Shown one piece after another: positions 30,489-40,743 of a DNA stretch of 64,000 nucleotides. The notes under the pieces are model-generated. The model was not told the origin of the DNA. It was given only the letters and a program-made list of their open reading frames with translations, and did not search any database. Positions within the stretch are counted from its first letter, which is position 1. Every line of letters starts with the position of its first letter. Origin of the DNA: Schizochytrium sp. TIO01. Taxonomy: Eukaryota > Protista > Bigyra: Labyrinthulomycetes. The stretch spans positions 5,798,483 to 5,862,482 of the forward strand of contig SMSO01000032.1 in NCBI GenBank assembly GCA_004764695.1, given 5' to 3'. The position numbers and the translations under genes are program-made.

Positions 30489-32348
30489 ATGCTATATTAT
30501 TTGTATCTATTACTACTACAACTTTTACTTGCCCACTCACCTGTAAGCGGTTTACCAGCTTCTTTTGTGGAACCTGCACGGCACTTAACAGACGAAAGTA
30601 ATCAAGATGCTCCTATTTACATTATCCAGGTAGAGAAAGACAAGGCCTGTGATGATGCACTTGATGAAATTGAATCCTTCTATGCAGGTACAGGAGAGCT
30701 GTCCATCATGGAGCAATTGAAGTCACACAGGAATTGTTTCATCAAATACTCGTCCAAAACAGTTATGAAGAGTGAGATATTTGAGTTTTTTGACTGGGCC
30801 GTTAGCGTAGAGCCAGACAACGAGGTTATTTCGCTCAGCAATTACTGTTGGAATTTAGACCGAATCGATCAATTAACTCTCCCCCTCGATAAGAAAACTT
30901 TTACGCCACGTTACAACGGTTCAGGGGTGACTGTTTATGTTCTCGATACAGGTATTAGACGGTCACATGCTGAGTTTGAAACCAACCGAGCACTTTTTGG
31001 CACAAGTATCATCAAAACCGAATCAGGTGATGCGGATTTGCATGGCCACGGTACGCATGTCGCTTCAACTGTTGTGGGGAAAACGGTTGGTGTTGCGCCA
31101 GGTGCGCAAGTTGTGTCCGTTAAAGTTCTCGGGCAATCGGGCTCTGGAAGTACATCAGGTGTAATTTCAGGAATTCAATATGTAATCAATGCTACCATTG
31201 ATAACCCGGCTATTTTATCACTCTCTCTGGGTGGAGCCAAAAGTACTGCCATGAATCGTGCAATCAGTGATGCCTACAATCAGGGGAACATTGCTGTGGT
31301 AGCTGCAGGAAATAGCGCTGCTGATGCATGCAATTATAGTCCGTCTTCAGAGGCATCAGCCATCACAGTAGGTGCAACTACAATTCAAGACAACCGTGCA
31401 GGTTATAGCAACTATGGCGAATGTGTTGATCTATGGGCCCCAGGATCATCCATTGTTGGAGCCTCCTATCTGGGAGACTCCTCTTACAGACGCTTATCAG
31501 GAACATCAATGGCAACCCCTGCTGTAGCAGGGGCCCTCGCTGGTCTATTCCAAAAGCACAATCATAGCAGAGACGCAGCAATCCTAGAGCTGCTCACTTA
31601 TACCTCGCAAAATGTAGTGTCAGGTACTACAAATGACGAAGAGGCCTACCTTCTCAACATTGATTCAATTGCGAGTGAGCCTAGGTACCCTACCCCTCAA
31701 CCGACCAAAAGGCCAACTTTTATGCCAGTTGTACTTTGTGTCAATCCCTCCACATGCTTCGATTTTGTCACTTCGAGGTTTGGTGCCCTCTTGACAATTA
31801 ACAGTGACGTGTTACGTACTAAGTTAGTAGACCCACCTTCGGATGATCCAGAGTTCTGTGCTCCGACCGATGATCAAAATGAAGATGCACGCATAGCAGG
31901 TAATATTGTTATCATTGAGCGCGGATCTTGTCTTTTTTATGATAAAGTGATCAACGCACAAAACGCAGGGGCAATTGGTGTGATCCATCGCATCATGGAC
32001 CCTTCTAACGAGCCCTTTGAAACAACATACTACGGAAATGAAGACGTACCCACAATCCCTGCCGTCATGGTGAATTATGATGCAGGAATCCTCCTCTCAA
32101 ATGGGTATTTGAATAGAGAAATATTTTGGGGCCACGGACCGGTACCTGATGATTTGAATAGTGCGAACATTACTCAGGCACCTACATCAAATCCCACGAC
32201 TAGTCCCACAGGCGACGACGAAGATACGATCTTTGATTGCAGCACGTTCGACAATAGAAGAGTGAAATGTAGGCGCAACAAATACTGCTCTTGGAAAAAG
32301 CAAACAAAGACATGTGTTTTGAAACAAAAGTATGATCTAGATGGATAA
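30489..32348 (+). CDS. secreted subtilisin (S8) protease with PA domain
   Basis: Signal peptide, prodomain, VLDTG / HGHGTHVA / SGTSMATP catalytic triad, PA domain (IVIIERGSCLFYDKVINAQNAGA), P/T linkers. Confidence 0.95.
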   Translation: MLYYLYLLLLQLLLAHSPVSGLPASFVEPARHLTDESNQDAPIYIIQVEKDKACDDALDEIESFYAGTGELSIMEQLKSHRNCFIKYSSKTVMKSEIFEFFDWAVSVEPDNEVISLSNYCWNLDRIDQLTLPLDKKTFTPRYNGSGVTVYVLDTGIRRSHAEFETNRALFGTSIIKTESGDADLHGHGTHVASTVVGKTVGVAPGAQVVSVKVLGQSGSGSTSGVISGIQYVINATIDNPAILSLSLGGAKSTAMNRAISDAYNQGNIAVVAAGNSAADACNYSPSSEASAITVGATTIQDNRAGYSNYGECVDLWAPGSSIVGASYLGDSSYRRLSGTSMATPAVAGALAGLFQKHNHSRDAAILELLTYTSQNVVSGTTNDEEAYLLNIDSIASEPRYPTPQPTKRPTFMPVVLCVNPSTCFDFVTSRFGALLTINSDVLRTKLVDPPSDDPEFCAPTDDQNEDARIAGNIVIIERGSCLFYDKVINAQNAGAIGVIHRIMDPSNEPFETTYYGNEDVPTIPAVMVNYDAGILLSNGYLNREIFWGHGPVPDDLNSANITQAPTSNPTTSPTGDDEDTIFDCSTFDNRRVKCRRNKYCSWKKQTKTCVLKQKYDLDG

Positions 32349-32354
32349 ATTCGG

Positions 32355-33335
32355 TTACTGCTTCCTAAGCTTCTTGCGTGACTTTTGGTTGGTTGAACTC
32401 TTCCGCTTCGACGGTGATTTGGATGTATCTTTGGCACAAGCACCTTTAGCACTTTGTATAACCAGGTCAGACACATCTTGCGATCTGATGAAAGTTTCAA
32501 ACTCACCACCAAAAAGGGCATGCATCTTTTGTTCGTCTCCCACGATGGATGAAATTATTCTTGAGACGCTGCTTGTCTTACTTGCAGCATTGCCAAGGTT
32601 GACCTGCAGAAGGGCAAAGCTGGGTTTTAAATCAGTTAAGCCCCGCTTTATATGGCTAGGTAAATCTTTATGACAAGTGGCAAGAGTCAGTAAAATGACC
32701 AAAAATGCCTCCTGCCTTGCACTCGGGGGTGTACATGCATCATTTAGCTGTTTTGCCATTTCCAGAACAATCGGTTGCAGTTTAACGTCAGTGTCTTCAA
32801 TAGTTGCATTTGTCAAATATTTATCAACGACTGAGTCTCGCAACTCGTCCAATTCAGAGGACTCAGTCGCCGTGTGAGACTCCTTACCTTTACTGAGGTC
32901 CAGAGCAGTCACAGGCGCCGTCTCAGAGCCATTGGACGCACCTGCCTTGGGTGCCTTCTTAGCGCTTTGTAACTGCATGAAGGTTTGTAAATCCTCCTCG
33001 TTGAGACCCTGCGTCTTCATGAACTCGGCCAAAGCAGCTAGCTTCCGCTTCCGATCAGCTTCCTTTTCACGGATGTTGGTACTTGCTGTACAAACCGCAT
33101 CCATACTCGCTTTCAGATCTTTTTCAAATCGGGTGTGGAGCGTCTTGCACATGATGTTTAAACGCCCAAGCAGCTTTGAAGAATCATCAATGAACTTCTT
33201 GGTTTCTTCATTGCACTGCGACGGGTTTGCCTTCAACTCTTCATCCACACGCTTAATGCCCTCAATGATGTTCTTCAGCGCGAAGGACTCCACCGCACCG
33301 GTCAAGTGGACGTGTAGGTCCCGTGCAGACTGCAT
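32355..33335 (-). CDS. hypothetical coiled-coil protein with basic C-terminal NLS
   Basis: 326-aa ATG ORF. Confidence 0.7.
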   Translation of the reverse strand: MQSARDLHVHLTGAVESFALKNIIEGIKRVDEELKANPSQCNEETKKFIDDSSKLLGRLNIMCKTLHTRFEKDLKASMDAVCTASTNIREKEADRKRKLAALAEFMKTQGLNEEDLQTFMQLQSAKKAPKAGASNGSETAPVTALDLSKGKESHTATESSELDELRDSVVDKYLTNATIEDTDVKLQPIVLEMAKQLNDACTPPSARQEAFLVILLTLATCHKDLPSHIKRGLTDLKPSFALLQVNLGNAASKTSSVSRIISSIVGDEQKMHALFGGEFETFIRSQDVSDLVIQSAKGACAKDTSKSPSKRKSSTNQKSRKKLRKQ

Positions 33336-33383
33336 GATGAGATTGATTATTTACTCTTGTCAACTTGACCGTGTAGACTCGCC

Positions 33384-33432
33384 TTCGAGTCAGCAAATCC
33401 CTAATGTCGCGTTCGAGTCAGCAAATCCCTAA
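33384..33432 (+). promoter_or_regulatory. tandem duplicate of TTCGAGTCAGCAAATCCCTAA (class-E motif x2)
   Basis: Exact 21-mer at 33384-33404 and 33412-33432, in the divergent intergenic region upstream of the RNAP subunit. Confidence 0.7.
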
Positions 33433-33605
33433 CGCAGCTTTCGGGTAATGCTATTCAGTAGGCACCTGTTTGCTTCTCGCTTTCAGTTTTGGTTTTGCTT
33501 GCTACTTTTGGCTGCGAGTTTGGTTTTCTGAGTTACCTTAATGATATATTAGGCCATTTAATACCACCTTAATAAGTGCCCTATCAATGTTTAAAGCTGT
33601 GCAAG

Positions 33606-35225
33606 ATGGAGACCAAGTTCTCATTGAAAGGGAAATGGAGTATAGATTCATTCTTGCTCTCCTTGCAGAACAGAGAGCTTCTAGAAGAAGCACTCCAGCA
33701 ATGCCGAGAGGAACTTTCCGGGAAGCAACTATTGTTCCTACGGCCGGTGACACTCTCCTTAAAGAGGAAGAGGGTGCACGAGGAATTCCTCAAGAACATA
33801 AAGCCAACATCAATAACGATACTAGAATACTTGCAATGTATCCTACAGACCCTCAAGGAAAGTGATCAGTTTGTTGAAATTACTAACATTTTCTGTAAGC
33901 AAGTATTACTTGCTTCTCGAATATTGCAATGTTTTGATGCGCAAATTTCACTCACAGAATTCAAGTCCACTATAGATGCTATTGTAAGTCAGTATGAGAA
34001 GAGCTTAATTGCTCCAGGTGAAATGGTAGGAGTCATTGCTGCGCAGTCTATATCAGAGCGCTTTACACAGAGTACGTTAAACACATTTCATCTCAGTGGT
34101 AGTCAAGAGTCGGCCGCTCAGCGGGGTATTAATCGAATTGTTGAAATATTAAATGTATCGAAACGAATAGGAATGCCTTATTTACGACCTGTGGCCGCTC
34201 TACGTGGTGATAAACTCATCGGACGAACGCTTGCCATGCTATCAGAATCCTACGGTATAGTCTATGAAAGGAATGAGTGTGGATACTGCCCTTGGGTTAT
34301 TTTTTTCAAGTTAGATAGTCAATTCGACTATAATACTTACATCAAACCTAACTTGTACAGGTTGCCAGATAAACTTCATAGAACATTCCTGGAAGATCTT
34401 GGAGAGTTGCGTATTTATTCACACAAGGACGCTTCGTTGAATGATGTCAAAATGTTACAATCAGAACTCTCCAGTCTTCATTTCTCCGGAGTCAAGCGTG
34501 CTACTATGTATAATGCTGAAGATGAAGTCTTGTACTTTGAACCAGGAACGAACTGTTTGGAAAACTTTGGACCCCACTTCCAGCTAGATGACCTTCTCGA
34601 AGCTTCTGATTACCAAGTCAATTTGCTTACTTTACAGTCCAATGATAGCCGCTTCATGCTACATTTAGTAGGCATAGAAGCAACTAGAAACTACTTATTA
34701 AATGAAATTAAAGAAGTTCTTTCGCGGGAGGGTATCCGACTAAACGTCCGTCACATCATGCTACTAGTAGACTACATGACGCGTGAGGGGGACGTCTTAC
34801 CCAACCATTATCACGGAATGGGTGTAGAAGCGCCCATTCTTAAAGCTACATTTCAACAAGCAACTGACTCATTTGCCTTGGCTGCAGCAAATGGTGTTAC
34901 AGATAATATAGAGGATGTCAGTAGTCAGATCATGCTAGGACTTACTCCTAACATTGGTACTCGTAGAAGTCATGTTATTGCTCAGCCATTTGAGCCTATC
35001 AAAGAGAGAGAAAAGAAGCTAGACCTTAGACCACAACCCCTCCCTCTATTACTTAGTAATACAAAGTATAATACTGATAGTGGTAATGCAAATGTGGGAT
35101 ACTTTTCCTACAAAGAACATGAGTATGTTCCAGCATCACCTGAATTAGAAAGTATGACCATGGAGGAAGAAGAAGAAGAAGAAGAAGATGATGATGATTT
35201 TATTATGCCATCACTGACATGTTAA
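33606..35225 (+). CDS. DNA-directed RNA polymerase largest subunit, C-terminal half (RPB1-C / RpoA''-like)
   Basis: PGEMVGVIAAQSISERFTQSTLNTFH (trigger loop), GIEATR, RHIMLLVDYMT, KATFQ, VSSQIMLG.TP.IGT; no NADFDGD half. Confidence 0.93.
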   Translation: METKFSLKGKWSIDSFLLSLQNRELLEEALQQCREELSGKQLLFLRPVTLSLKRKRVHEEFLKNIKPTSITILEYLQCILQTLKESDQFVEITNIFCKQVLLASRILQCFDAQISLTEFKSTIDAIVSQYEKSLIAPGEMVGVIAAQSISERFTQSTLNTFHLSGSQESAAQRGINRIVEILNVSKRIGMPYLRPVAALRGDKLIGRTLAMLSESYGIVYERNECGYCPWVIFFKLDSQFDYNTYIKPNLYRLPDKLHRTFLEDLGELRIYSHKDASLNDVKMLQSELSSLHFSGVKRATMYNAEDEVLYFEPGTNCLENFGPHFQLDDLLEASDYQVNLLTLQSNDSRFMLHLVGIEATRNYLLNEIKEVLSREGIRLNVRHIMLLVDYMTREGDVLPNHYHGMGVEAPILKATFQQATDSFALAAANGVTDNIEDVSSQIMLGLTPNIGTRRSHVIAQPFEPIKEREKKLDLRPQPLPLLLSNTKYNTDSGNANVGYFSYKEHEYVPASPELESMTMEEEEEEEEDDDDFIMPSLTC

Positions 35226-35268
35226 GAATGTATAGTATTTAGTATTTTATTCATTGATTGATATCCTT

Positions 35269-36753
35269 TTACTCGAGGATGGCGTAGATGACGCTAGGTT
35301 TGATTTCCTCCTTCTTCTCCTTCAAAAGACTTACAGCAGCCTCTTGGTTCTCGCATTCATAGGGGGCATTCGTACCCGTTGCAAAGATAGCATAAAACTT
35401 GACTTTCTTACCCTTCAAAAGGCTAAGAGTGTTAGGGATAATCATATCCTGCATCTCAGTCAAGTTGAGAATGGTTCCTGTCACTTCACGAGTAATCTTC
35501 ACCTTGTAGCCCATATTGATGGGGTGATTAGTCACTACAGCATCGTACGTGTAGGAACCAAAGAACTCCTCAACGTAATCGTGGGGTACCTCAATTCCGG
35601 CCTCACGAATAGTTGCTTGAAGGTTGAGACCCATCTTGGTCATAACACCCGTTGTAACAATGTCTTCATCTACATCTGTGATCTTATCACTAGGTACATC
35701 ATTGGTATCATGCTCAGCACCATAGTCACCATAATCATTGCCTGCAGCTGATTCATCAGCACCACCACTAGTGCCACCCATGACGCGAAGTACGTGAGAC
35801 CTGGAGCTGAACCCGAAGGTAAACCACTCCTTGGCACTAGCGGCAAGGCGGATTCCAACATTGGCCCACATGTCAAGGTCGGTAATGCCGAAAACCGAGT
35901 AAATGGAAAGTTGGTTTTCTTCGGGCATAAGAGCCGTAAAGTTCATGATAACAGCAGGCTTTGAAGTGTCAAGAGGCTCATACACCACCTGGAGCTGATT
36001 CATGAAGCGCGACTCAGACCCCTCGCCAACACAACGGTTAAATCCAATAGCCTGACCCTTCTTTTCACTAGTCAGGCACATATTGGCCTTCTTGGTAACT
36101 TCCTCATCTACTGAGAGGAGAAGAATGTCGCTAAACATCTTCATATCATTGCTCAAAGGAAGTACAAATGGACGACGCATCCATTCTACATCGGCTCCCT
36201 CAGGAAACATCTCGGGAAGGATGTTGAACTTGGTGGGAATCTCAGCAGCGAAGCTTCCTTTAATGAAACGTTCATAAACGCTCTTGCACAGGACAGAGGA
36301 GTCCCCAATTTCAGGCATGATCTTATCAGCCTTGAACGTGGGACGATCATTCCACATACTTGCTGAGATAGCCAGGGTCACAATATGGCCCACCTTGACT
36401 TGACCAATGTCATTGGAAAAAGAGCTGACAAAGTACTCCTTACCGTACTCCATTGACACACCAACGGTCGGGTTGTTGGTTGGGTCAGAGACATGAGAGG
36501 AAGTCTCATCGGCAATCTCCATTGAGCCATCTTCATCTTCACTCTTTTTCTTCTTGGCAAAAAGAATGAAGGCTCCATCCTTTTGCATTACATTACAGAC
36601 AATGCGATGCGGGCCTTTGGGGGAGGCAGGCTTGATCACGCGCGAGACGAGGACCTTGACAGCAGTCTGCCCAGGAGAGAGCATCGTGCCCGAATTACCA
36701 TAGGCCTGGCGATACTTACGTTTCTTATCGATAGAAGATACTGAGCGAGCCAT
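35269..36753 (-). CDS. putative OB-fold ssDNA-binding protein
   Basis: N-terminal beta pattern (VKVLVSRV...VKVGHIVTLAISASMWNDRPTFKADKI) resembles an OB fold; class-E motif upstream; lies among replication/transcription genes. Confidence 0.4.
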   Translation of the reverse strand: MARSVSSIDKKRKYRQAYGNSGTMLSPGQTAVKVLVSRVIKPASPKGPHRIVCNVMQKDGAFILFAKKKKSEDEDGSMEIADETSSHVSDPTNNPTVGVSMEYGKEYFVSSFSNDIGQVKVGHIVTLAISASMWNDRPTFKADKIMPEIGDSSVLCKSVYERFIKGSFAAEIPTKFNILPEMFPEGADVEWMRRPFVLPLSNDMKMFSDILLLSVDEEVTKKANMCLTSEKKGQAIGFNRCVGEGSESRFMNQLQVVYEPLDTSKPAVIMNFTALMPEENQLSIYSVFGITDLDMWANVGIRLAASAKEWFTFGFSSRSHVLRVMGGTSGGADESAAGNDYGDYGAEHDTNDVPSDKITDVDEDIVTTGVMTKMGLNLQATIREAGIEVPHDYVEEFFGSYTYDAVVTNHPINMGYKVKITREVTGTILNLTEMQDMIIPNTLSLLKGKKVKFYAIFATGTNAPYECENQEAAVSLLKEKKEEIKPSVIYAILE

Positions 36754-36815
36754 GGTGTTCTATTCAAAGGGAGCGTCCGACCAAATCGGAGTTAGGGATT
36801 TGCTGCTCAACAAAA

Positions 36816-37574
36816 TCAGAGAAATTTATCATTGCCATCAAATGACATATAAATCTGCGTAAGTCGATAGGCACAGTAGTACATGAATAGCAAATCAATA
36901 GGAGGCCGAGTAAACTCTCCGTAAATAAAATGTAATATGACAAAACTTCCAACGAGGAACATTCGAGAAACTTGCAATGCTACTCGCTTACTCTTTACCC
37001 AGACAATTAATCCAGTTGTTTTGGGGTAGCACTCTGGGCCGTATGTCTGAACTGTTTGTGACAAATTTACATGCAAATGTTGCAACCAGATGTCAATATC
37101 AAACAGATCATCTATGATTTGAATAATTGACGGTAGTAAAGCAGTAGCATGTTTAAACTGTACAATTAAAAATAAAAACTGAAGGTAAGTGGCTGCATCA
37201 GATAGGCCCCCATGATGAAATGTGTGTGAAACCGGATCGAAACGAGTTATAATTTTCAAGTAGATCATGATAAAGATAAGTCGGTTAATCTCAGTCACAT
37301 GAACAAATGAATGAAACAGATAGATCGTAGACCGAACCATTGGATTTATCGAGAGGAGGCACATGACGATCGAGGCCGCAAAGAAACTCAAAATGTCATG
37401 TTGAGACTTCGCACTTGATTCTCTCGCATAGTAGTGTAGTCTAATGTCAATGTCTAAAAGCAGCTTCAAAACCTGCTCCTGTTTTGTAATGAGGTAGCGG
37501 ATAAAGTAGTAGACGCCAAAATAAATGAGGCTTACCCACACAATTTCATAAAGCGCGTCAAGTAACAAGAGCAT
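36816..37574 (-). CDS. multi-pass membrane protein, weak TLC (LAG1/CLN8)-like
   Basis: Several TMs; IIQIIDDLFDI and SRMFL resemble TLC LLHDxSD and FxxxR motifs. Confidence 0.4.
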   Translation of the reverse strand: MLLLLDALYEIVWVSLIYFGVYYFIRYLITKQEQVLKLLLDIDIRLHYYARESSAKSQHDILSFFAASIVMCLLSINPMVRSTIYLFHSFVHVTEINRLIFIMIYLKIITRFDPVSHTFHHGGLSDAATYLQFLFLIVQFKHATALLPSIIQIIDDLFDIDIWLQHLHVNLSQTVQTYGPECYPKTTGLIVWVKSKRVALQVSRMFLVGSFVILHFIYGEFTRPPIDLLFMYYCAYRLTQIYMSFDGNDKFL

Positions 37575-37655
37575 CGTGGACAATTAATCAGTCGATTTTT
37601 TTTCATCGTATAGAGTATACTTATTAATATTATGTTTATGATGATTACTTTTTTA

Positions 37656-38708
37656 TTAGCCCTGTCCAAGAAGCACTGTGAACTTCTGCCCAGGCTTGCC
37701 ATACTGCATGCTGGTACCAACGGTCCTAGCACGAAGACTGTCTTGCAGCTCAGTGATACCAACATAAAGTTCACGAATGTACTTGTCCAACAAACGACCC
37801 CTCTCCAAATTATCAATAGCTTGTCTTGCATTATCAATAAACGGTGAACGACCCGGAGAGTTCTTGATGAGAATCGATTCAATAACAGCCTCAATTTCAT
37901 TTTCGGGTTTATTTTGCATCTCTTGTGCACCCAAAATCATGGGAAGAGCAATAAGCTTAATTAGAGACTCGGAAATCCTACTCAAACGGTCATTAGTCAT
38001 ACCTTCTGGAAGGGGAGTTTCTTTACCTTGACTAATAAGGTGCTTGACATGCGGCGTGAAGCTGTACTTGTTCCGGGAATGCCGCAAAGGCTCGATCATA
38101 AGGGGAACCTTATTATCAGAGTAACCATACCTGTTCTTCATCTTTTCCAGATCACTAGAACTTGGTACTGTCCAGAGAACAATATCACCAGGGACAAAGT
38201 TCACGCTACAATTATTGAAAACGTCGATTGTTCCAGCAACACGCACAGTAATTTGCTCCTTTTGAGAAGATTCATCCTCGGGGTTAGGGTTGGTTCCACC
38301 GAGAGAAACACCAATATACCTAATACAATTCGTCAGTAGCTCATTAACCTCTGCCTCGGTCAGTGTTCGATTGAAATACCATGGCTTCAACTTGGCGTAA
38401 GCACCATTCAAATTACTTACTACAGGAATAGCGTTTTTCATAATTGTACCACGCTGCATCATGCCTCTTCCAATCTGGAACACCAAATCGCCTCGGTCAA
38501 TTCGACTCGCGGCATTATCAAGTGTCGCCGTGTGTTTATAGAAGGCATACTCAGGGTTAACATTTTCAATATTATCACGGACACGACGAGCCTCGCGTTC
38601 CATCATAGCATAGCGTGCCACTAGCTCTTCCTTATCATGGCGGGCCTGGATGACCACTGTCGCCTGAGCCGCGTCCTCACCAAACAAGTGCTTGAAGTTA
38701 GTCGCCAT
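37656..38708 (-). CDS. putative capsid triplex subunit (beta-tulip)
   Basis: ITVRVAGTIDVFN...FVPGDIVLW and RTVGTSMQYGKPGQKFTVLL are beta-tulip-like, interrupted by a helical insert as in triplex proteins. Confidence 0.65.
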   Translation of the reverse strand: MATNFKHLFGEDAAQATVVIQARHDKEELVARYAMMEREARRVRDNIENVNPEYAFYKHTATLDNAASRIDRGDLVFQIGRGMMQRGTIMKNAIPVVSNLNGAYAKLKPWYFNRTLTEAEVNELLTNCIRYIGVSLGGTNPNPEDESSQKEQITVRVAGTIDVFNNCSVNFVPGDIVLWTVPSSSDLEKMKNRYGYSDNKVPLMIEPLRHSRNKYSFTPHVKHLISQGKETPLPEGMTNDRLSRISESLIKLIALPMILGAQEMQNKPENEIEAVIESILIKNSPGRSPFIDNARQAIDNLERGRLLDKYIRELYVGITELQDSLRARTVGTSMQYGKPGQKFTVLLGQG

Positions 38709-38754
38709 GTTGATAAAGTTGTCAAGTTATTTTCAAGTGTTTCTAGAAGCCTAA

Positions 38755-38766
38755 TTTTAATATATG
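38755..38766 (-). promoter_or_regulatory. class-L motif CATATATTAAAA
   Basis: 46 nt upstream of ATG 38708; identical to 18369-18380. Confidence 0.65.
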
Positions 38767-38798
38767 GAAAAATGAGTTCTTATTTTTGTTTCAAGTAT

Positions 38799-39404
38799 CT
38801 AACTATCCTTTTTCAAAACGGGAAGAATTGACTGAAGGTGATCCATGAAGTTCTGATGAGGAATATACATTGCATTATCATATGACGGGACAATCGGACG
38901 GAGAGTGAATTCTACGTCGAAGCGCAGCGGAACTTCCCGATCAAACGACCCCGCGAAACACATGCCTGAATTTAGAAAGTTCGTGACCCGTCGGTTATAC
39001 ATCCTGCACATAAATCGGTAAGCACTAGACGAATAGTCTTCAATAGGTACCTCCACGCCGTGGTCTGAACGAAAGCTCTTTGATCCGGGAAACCAACTAG
39101 CTGGATACATAGAATCCTGTAGAACAACATTATACTTGGGCTGCATACACAAATAATTATCAGACGCAATCATATGCTTAAGAAGACTTGGGGCCTGCCA
39201 CTTTGGATCTTCAAAGAAAGTATTTCTGGAAATCGAGGCACCATATAGCATAGGACTAGCATCAACCATAGGCTCGCGAGTACCCGGGAAAATCACCGGT
39301 GGAATCGTGTTGCTTCCTTCGTGAAGAAGGTTATACTCATAATCCATTGAATCGTGCTTCAACGCATGTGAAAAGCTATGATGCTGACCCATTGAGAAAA
39401 TCAT
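38799..39404 (-). CDS. hypothetical protein
   Basis: About 200-aa ORF, first ATG 39404. Confidence 0.65.
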   Translation of the reverse strand: MIFSMGQHHSFSHALKHDSMDYEYNLLHEGSNTIPPVIFPGTREPMVDASPMLYGASISRNTFFEDPKWQAPSLLKHMIASDNYLCMQPKYNVVLQDSMYPASWFPGSKSFRSDHGVEVPIEDYSSSAYRFMCRMYNRRVTNFLNSGMCFAGSFDREVPLRFDVEFTLRPIVPSYDNAMYIPHQNFMDHLQSILPVLKKDS

Positions 39405-39425
39405 AGGTCTCTCCAAGTCGATAAC

Positions 39426-39833
39426 CTAACGCCATTCATTATTATCACCCACCAAGTCATCAATAGGAGTAGTCATAGATTGAATATGAGGCATGATAAG
39501 AGATCCAGCAATGCTACTTCCATCATTCGTGCGCGGCGTTCGGAAATTCTTGACGGTAAGCCCGTGCAGTGCGAATTTCAGAGAGTAGTCGTCCCCAATA
39601 GGCATCTGATAGTACTTGATAACATTAACAATACGATCTTGCACGGATGAATAATTATCTAATAATGAAGAAAAAGGAATTGCAACAGACTTTCCAGCCA
39701 GGGTTGCTGAATTGATATTACTCACAGTGCCAGAGTTAATAGTAGCAGACGATTGAATACGGAGAGGGGCGTTCGTCAAGGAGAGTTCCTCAGCCTGCTC
39801 TCGTTTCTTACTCAGACCGTGCTGATATACCAT
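39426..39833 (-). CDS. hypothetical protein
   Basis: 135-aa ATG ORF. Confidence 0.6.
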   Translation of the reverse strand: MVYQHGLSKKREQAEELSLTNAPLRIQSSATINSGTVSNINSATLAGKSVAIPFSSLLDNYSSVQDRIVNVIKYYQMPIGDDYSLKFALHGLTVKNFRTPRTNDGSSIAGSLIMPHIQSMTTPIDDLVGDNNEWR

Positions 39834-39876
39834 TGACCAACTACTATCACATATAATAATTATTTCAACTTATACA

Positions 39877-40251
39877 CTATAGATTCTTTAAAATTTCTAT
39901 TCTCATCATTTCACTAGTATCTTCTATAAATTGATCACGGCTAAATGTTTCTTCCAAAGCCACTAAATCAAAGTCGCCATTTGAAAGTTTTTTGATCAAA
40001 CTCGTATTGACCCTTGAGGCTAAGTAGTTATGAATAGGCTGCAAAAGCCAGTGGATACTTTCGACAGTATCATGGCCATCGGCTATACTATGCATTGTGG
40101 CCGAGCAATTCTTATGCGTAAACGCTATGGATACAGCTTCATCAATAGACGTGCGTTGAAATACTTTCAACAGTTTCTTACGTATAAACGGAGCATCACA
40201 GGCTGCTCTGACACTCTCTTCAATGACGCTCTCGATTTTATGATTTACCAT
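39877..40251 (-). CDS. hypothetical protein
   Basis: ATG 40251 preceded by CAGCAAACCCCTAT; the track's N-terminal extension is repeat-derived. Confidence 0.6.
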   Translation of the reverse strand: MVNHKIESVIEESVRAACDAPFIRKKLLKVFQRTSIDEAVSIAFTHKNCSATMHSIADGHDTVESIHWLLQPIHNYLASRVNTSLIKKLSNGDFDLVALEETFSRDQFIEDTSEMMRIEILKNL

Positions 40252-40299
40252 GGTGTTGATAGGGGTTTGCTGACTTAACTTGCTCAGAATATTGATATC

Positions 40300-40611
40300 C
40301 CGGAATTCCGTCAAATAAATGACTTGGGAAATACCCCCCGAATAAAAGCGATAAAAGCGATAAAAGCGATAAAAGCGATACCTAATTTTTTTGTGCAAGG
40401 GTCACTATCTAGATTTTCTGCGGAGAAAAGTCACTTTAATATGGGAGAGTTGGAGTTTTGGGTTGAGAATTTGAATTTTTGGGATTTCAAAATCAATAAT
40501 CGCATGTATATTCTACCCCCACCATATTAACTCCTATCAAGGAATCCTCAATTTCGCGGTACCCGAGGGTAGGGACCCGGGGCTACTTGTGATTTTCAAA
40601 CTACTACAAGA
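40300..40611 (-). repeat. dispersed structured repeat, copy C (inverted; 4x AAAAGCGAT at 40344-40379)
   Basis: Reverse complement of A/B core; shares the CGGAATTCCG flank with copy B. Confidence 0.95.
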
Positions 40612-40743
40612 ATTAGTTAATCAAAACAATAAGAATGATAACATATAAGGAAGAGAGCGGAAAGTCGCTCAGTTCATGTCTCAGCAAAACCGAAACTCGA
40701 CTCAACTAAAAAAGAATAAGTAAAACAAGAGAAGAACATCACC

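Noticed and set aside
36792-36805. TTAGGG/CCCTAA as telomeric repeats or an integration junction
   Set aside because: Single copies placed upstream of genes, not tandem arrays; treated as a promoter motif
40441-40530. 29-aa micro-ORF MGELEFWVENLN.WDF.I.N.M.ILPPPY with a PPxY motif, open in all five repeat copies
   Set aside because: Differences between copies are mostly non-synonymous and copy B loses the stop; DNA-level identity explains the conservation. Ribosome profiling could revive it
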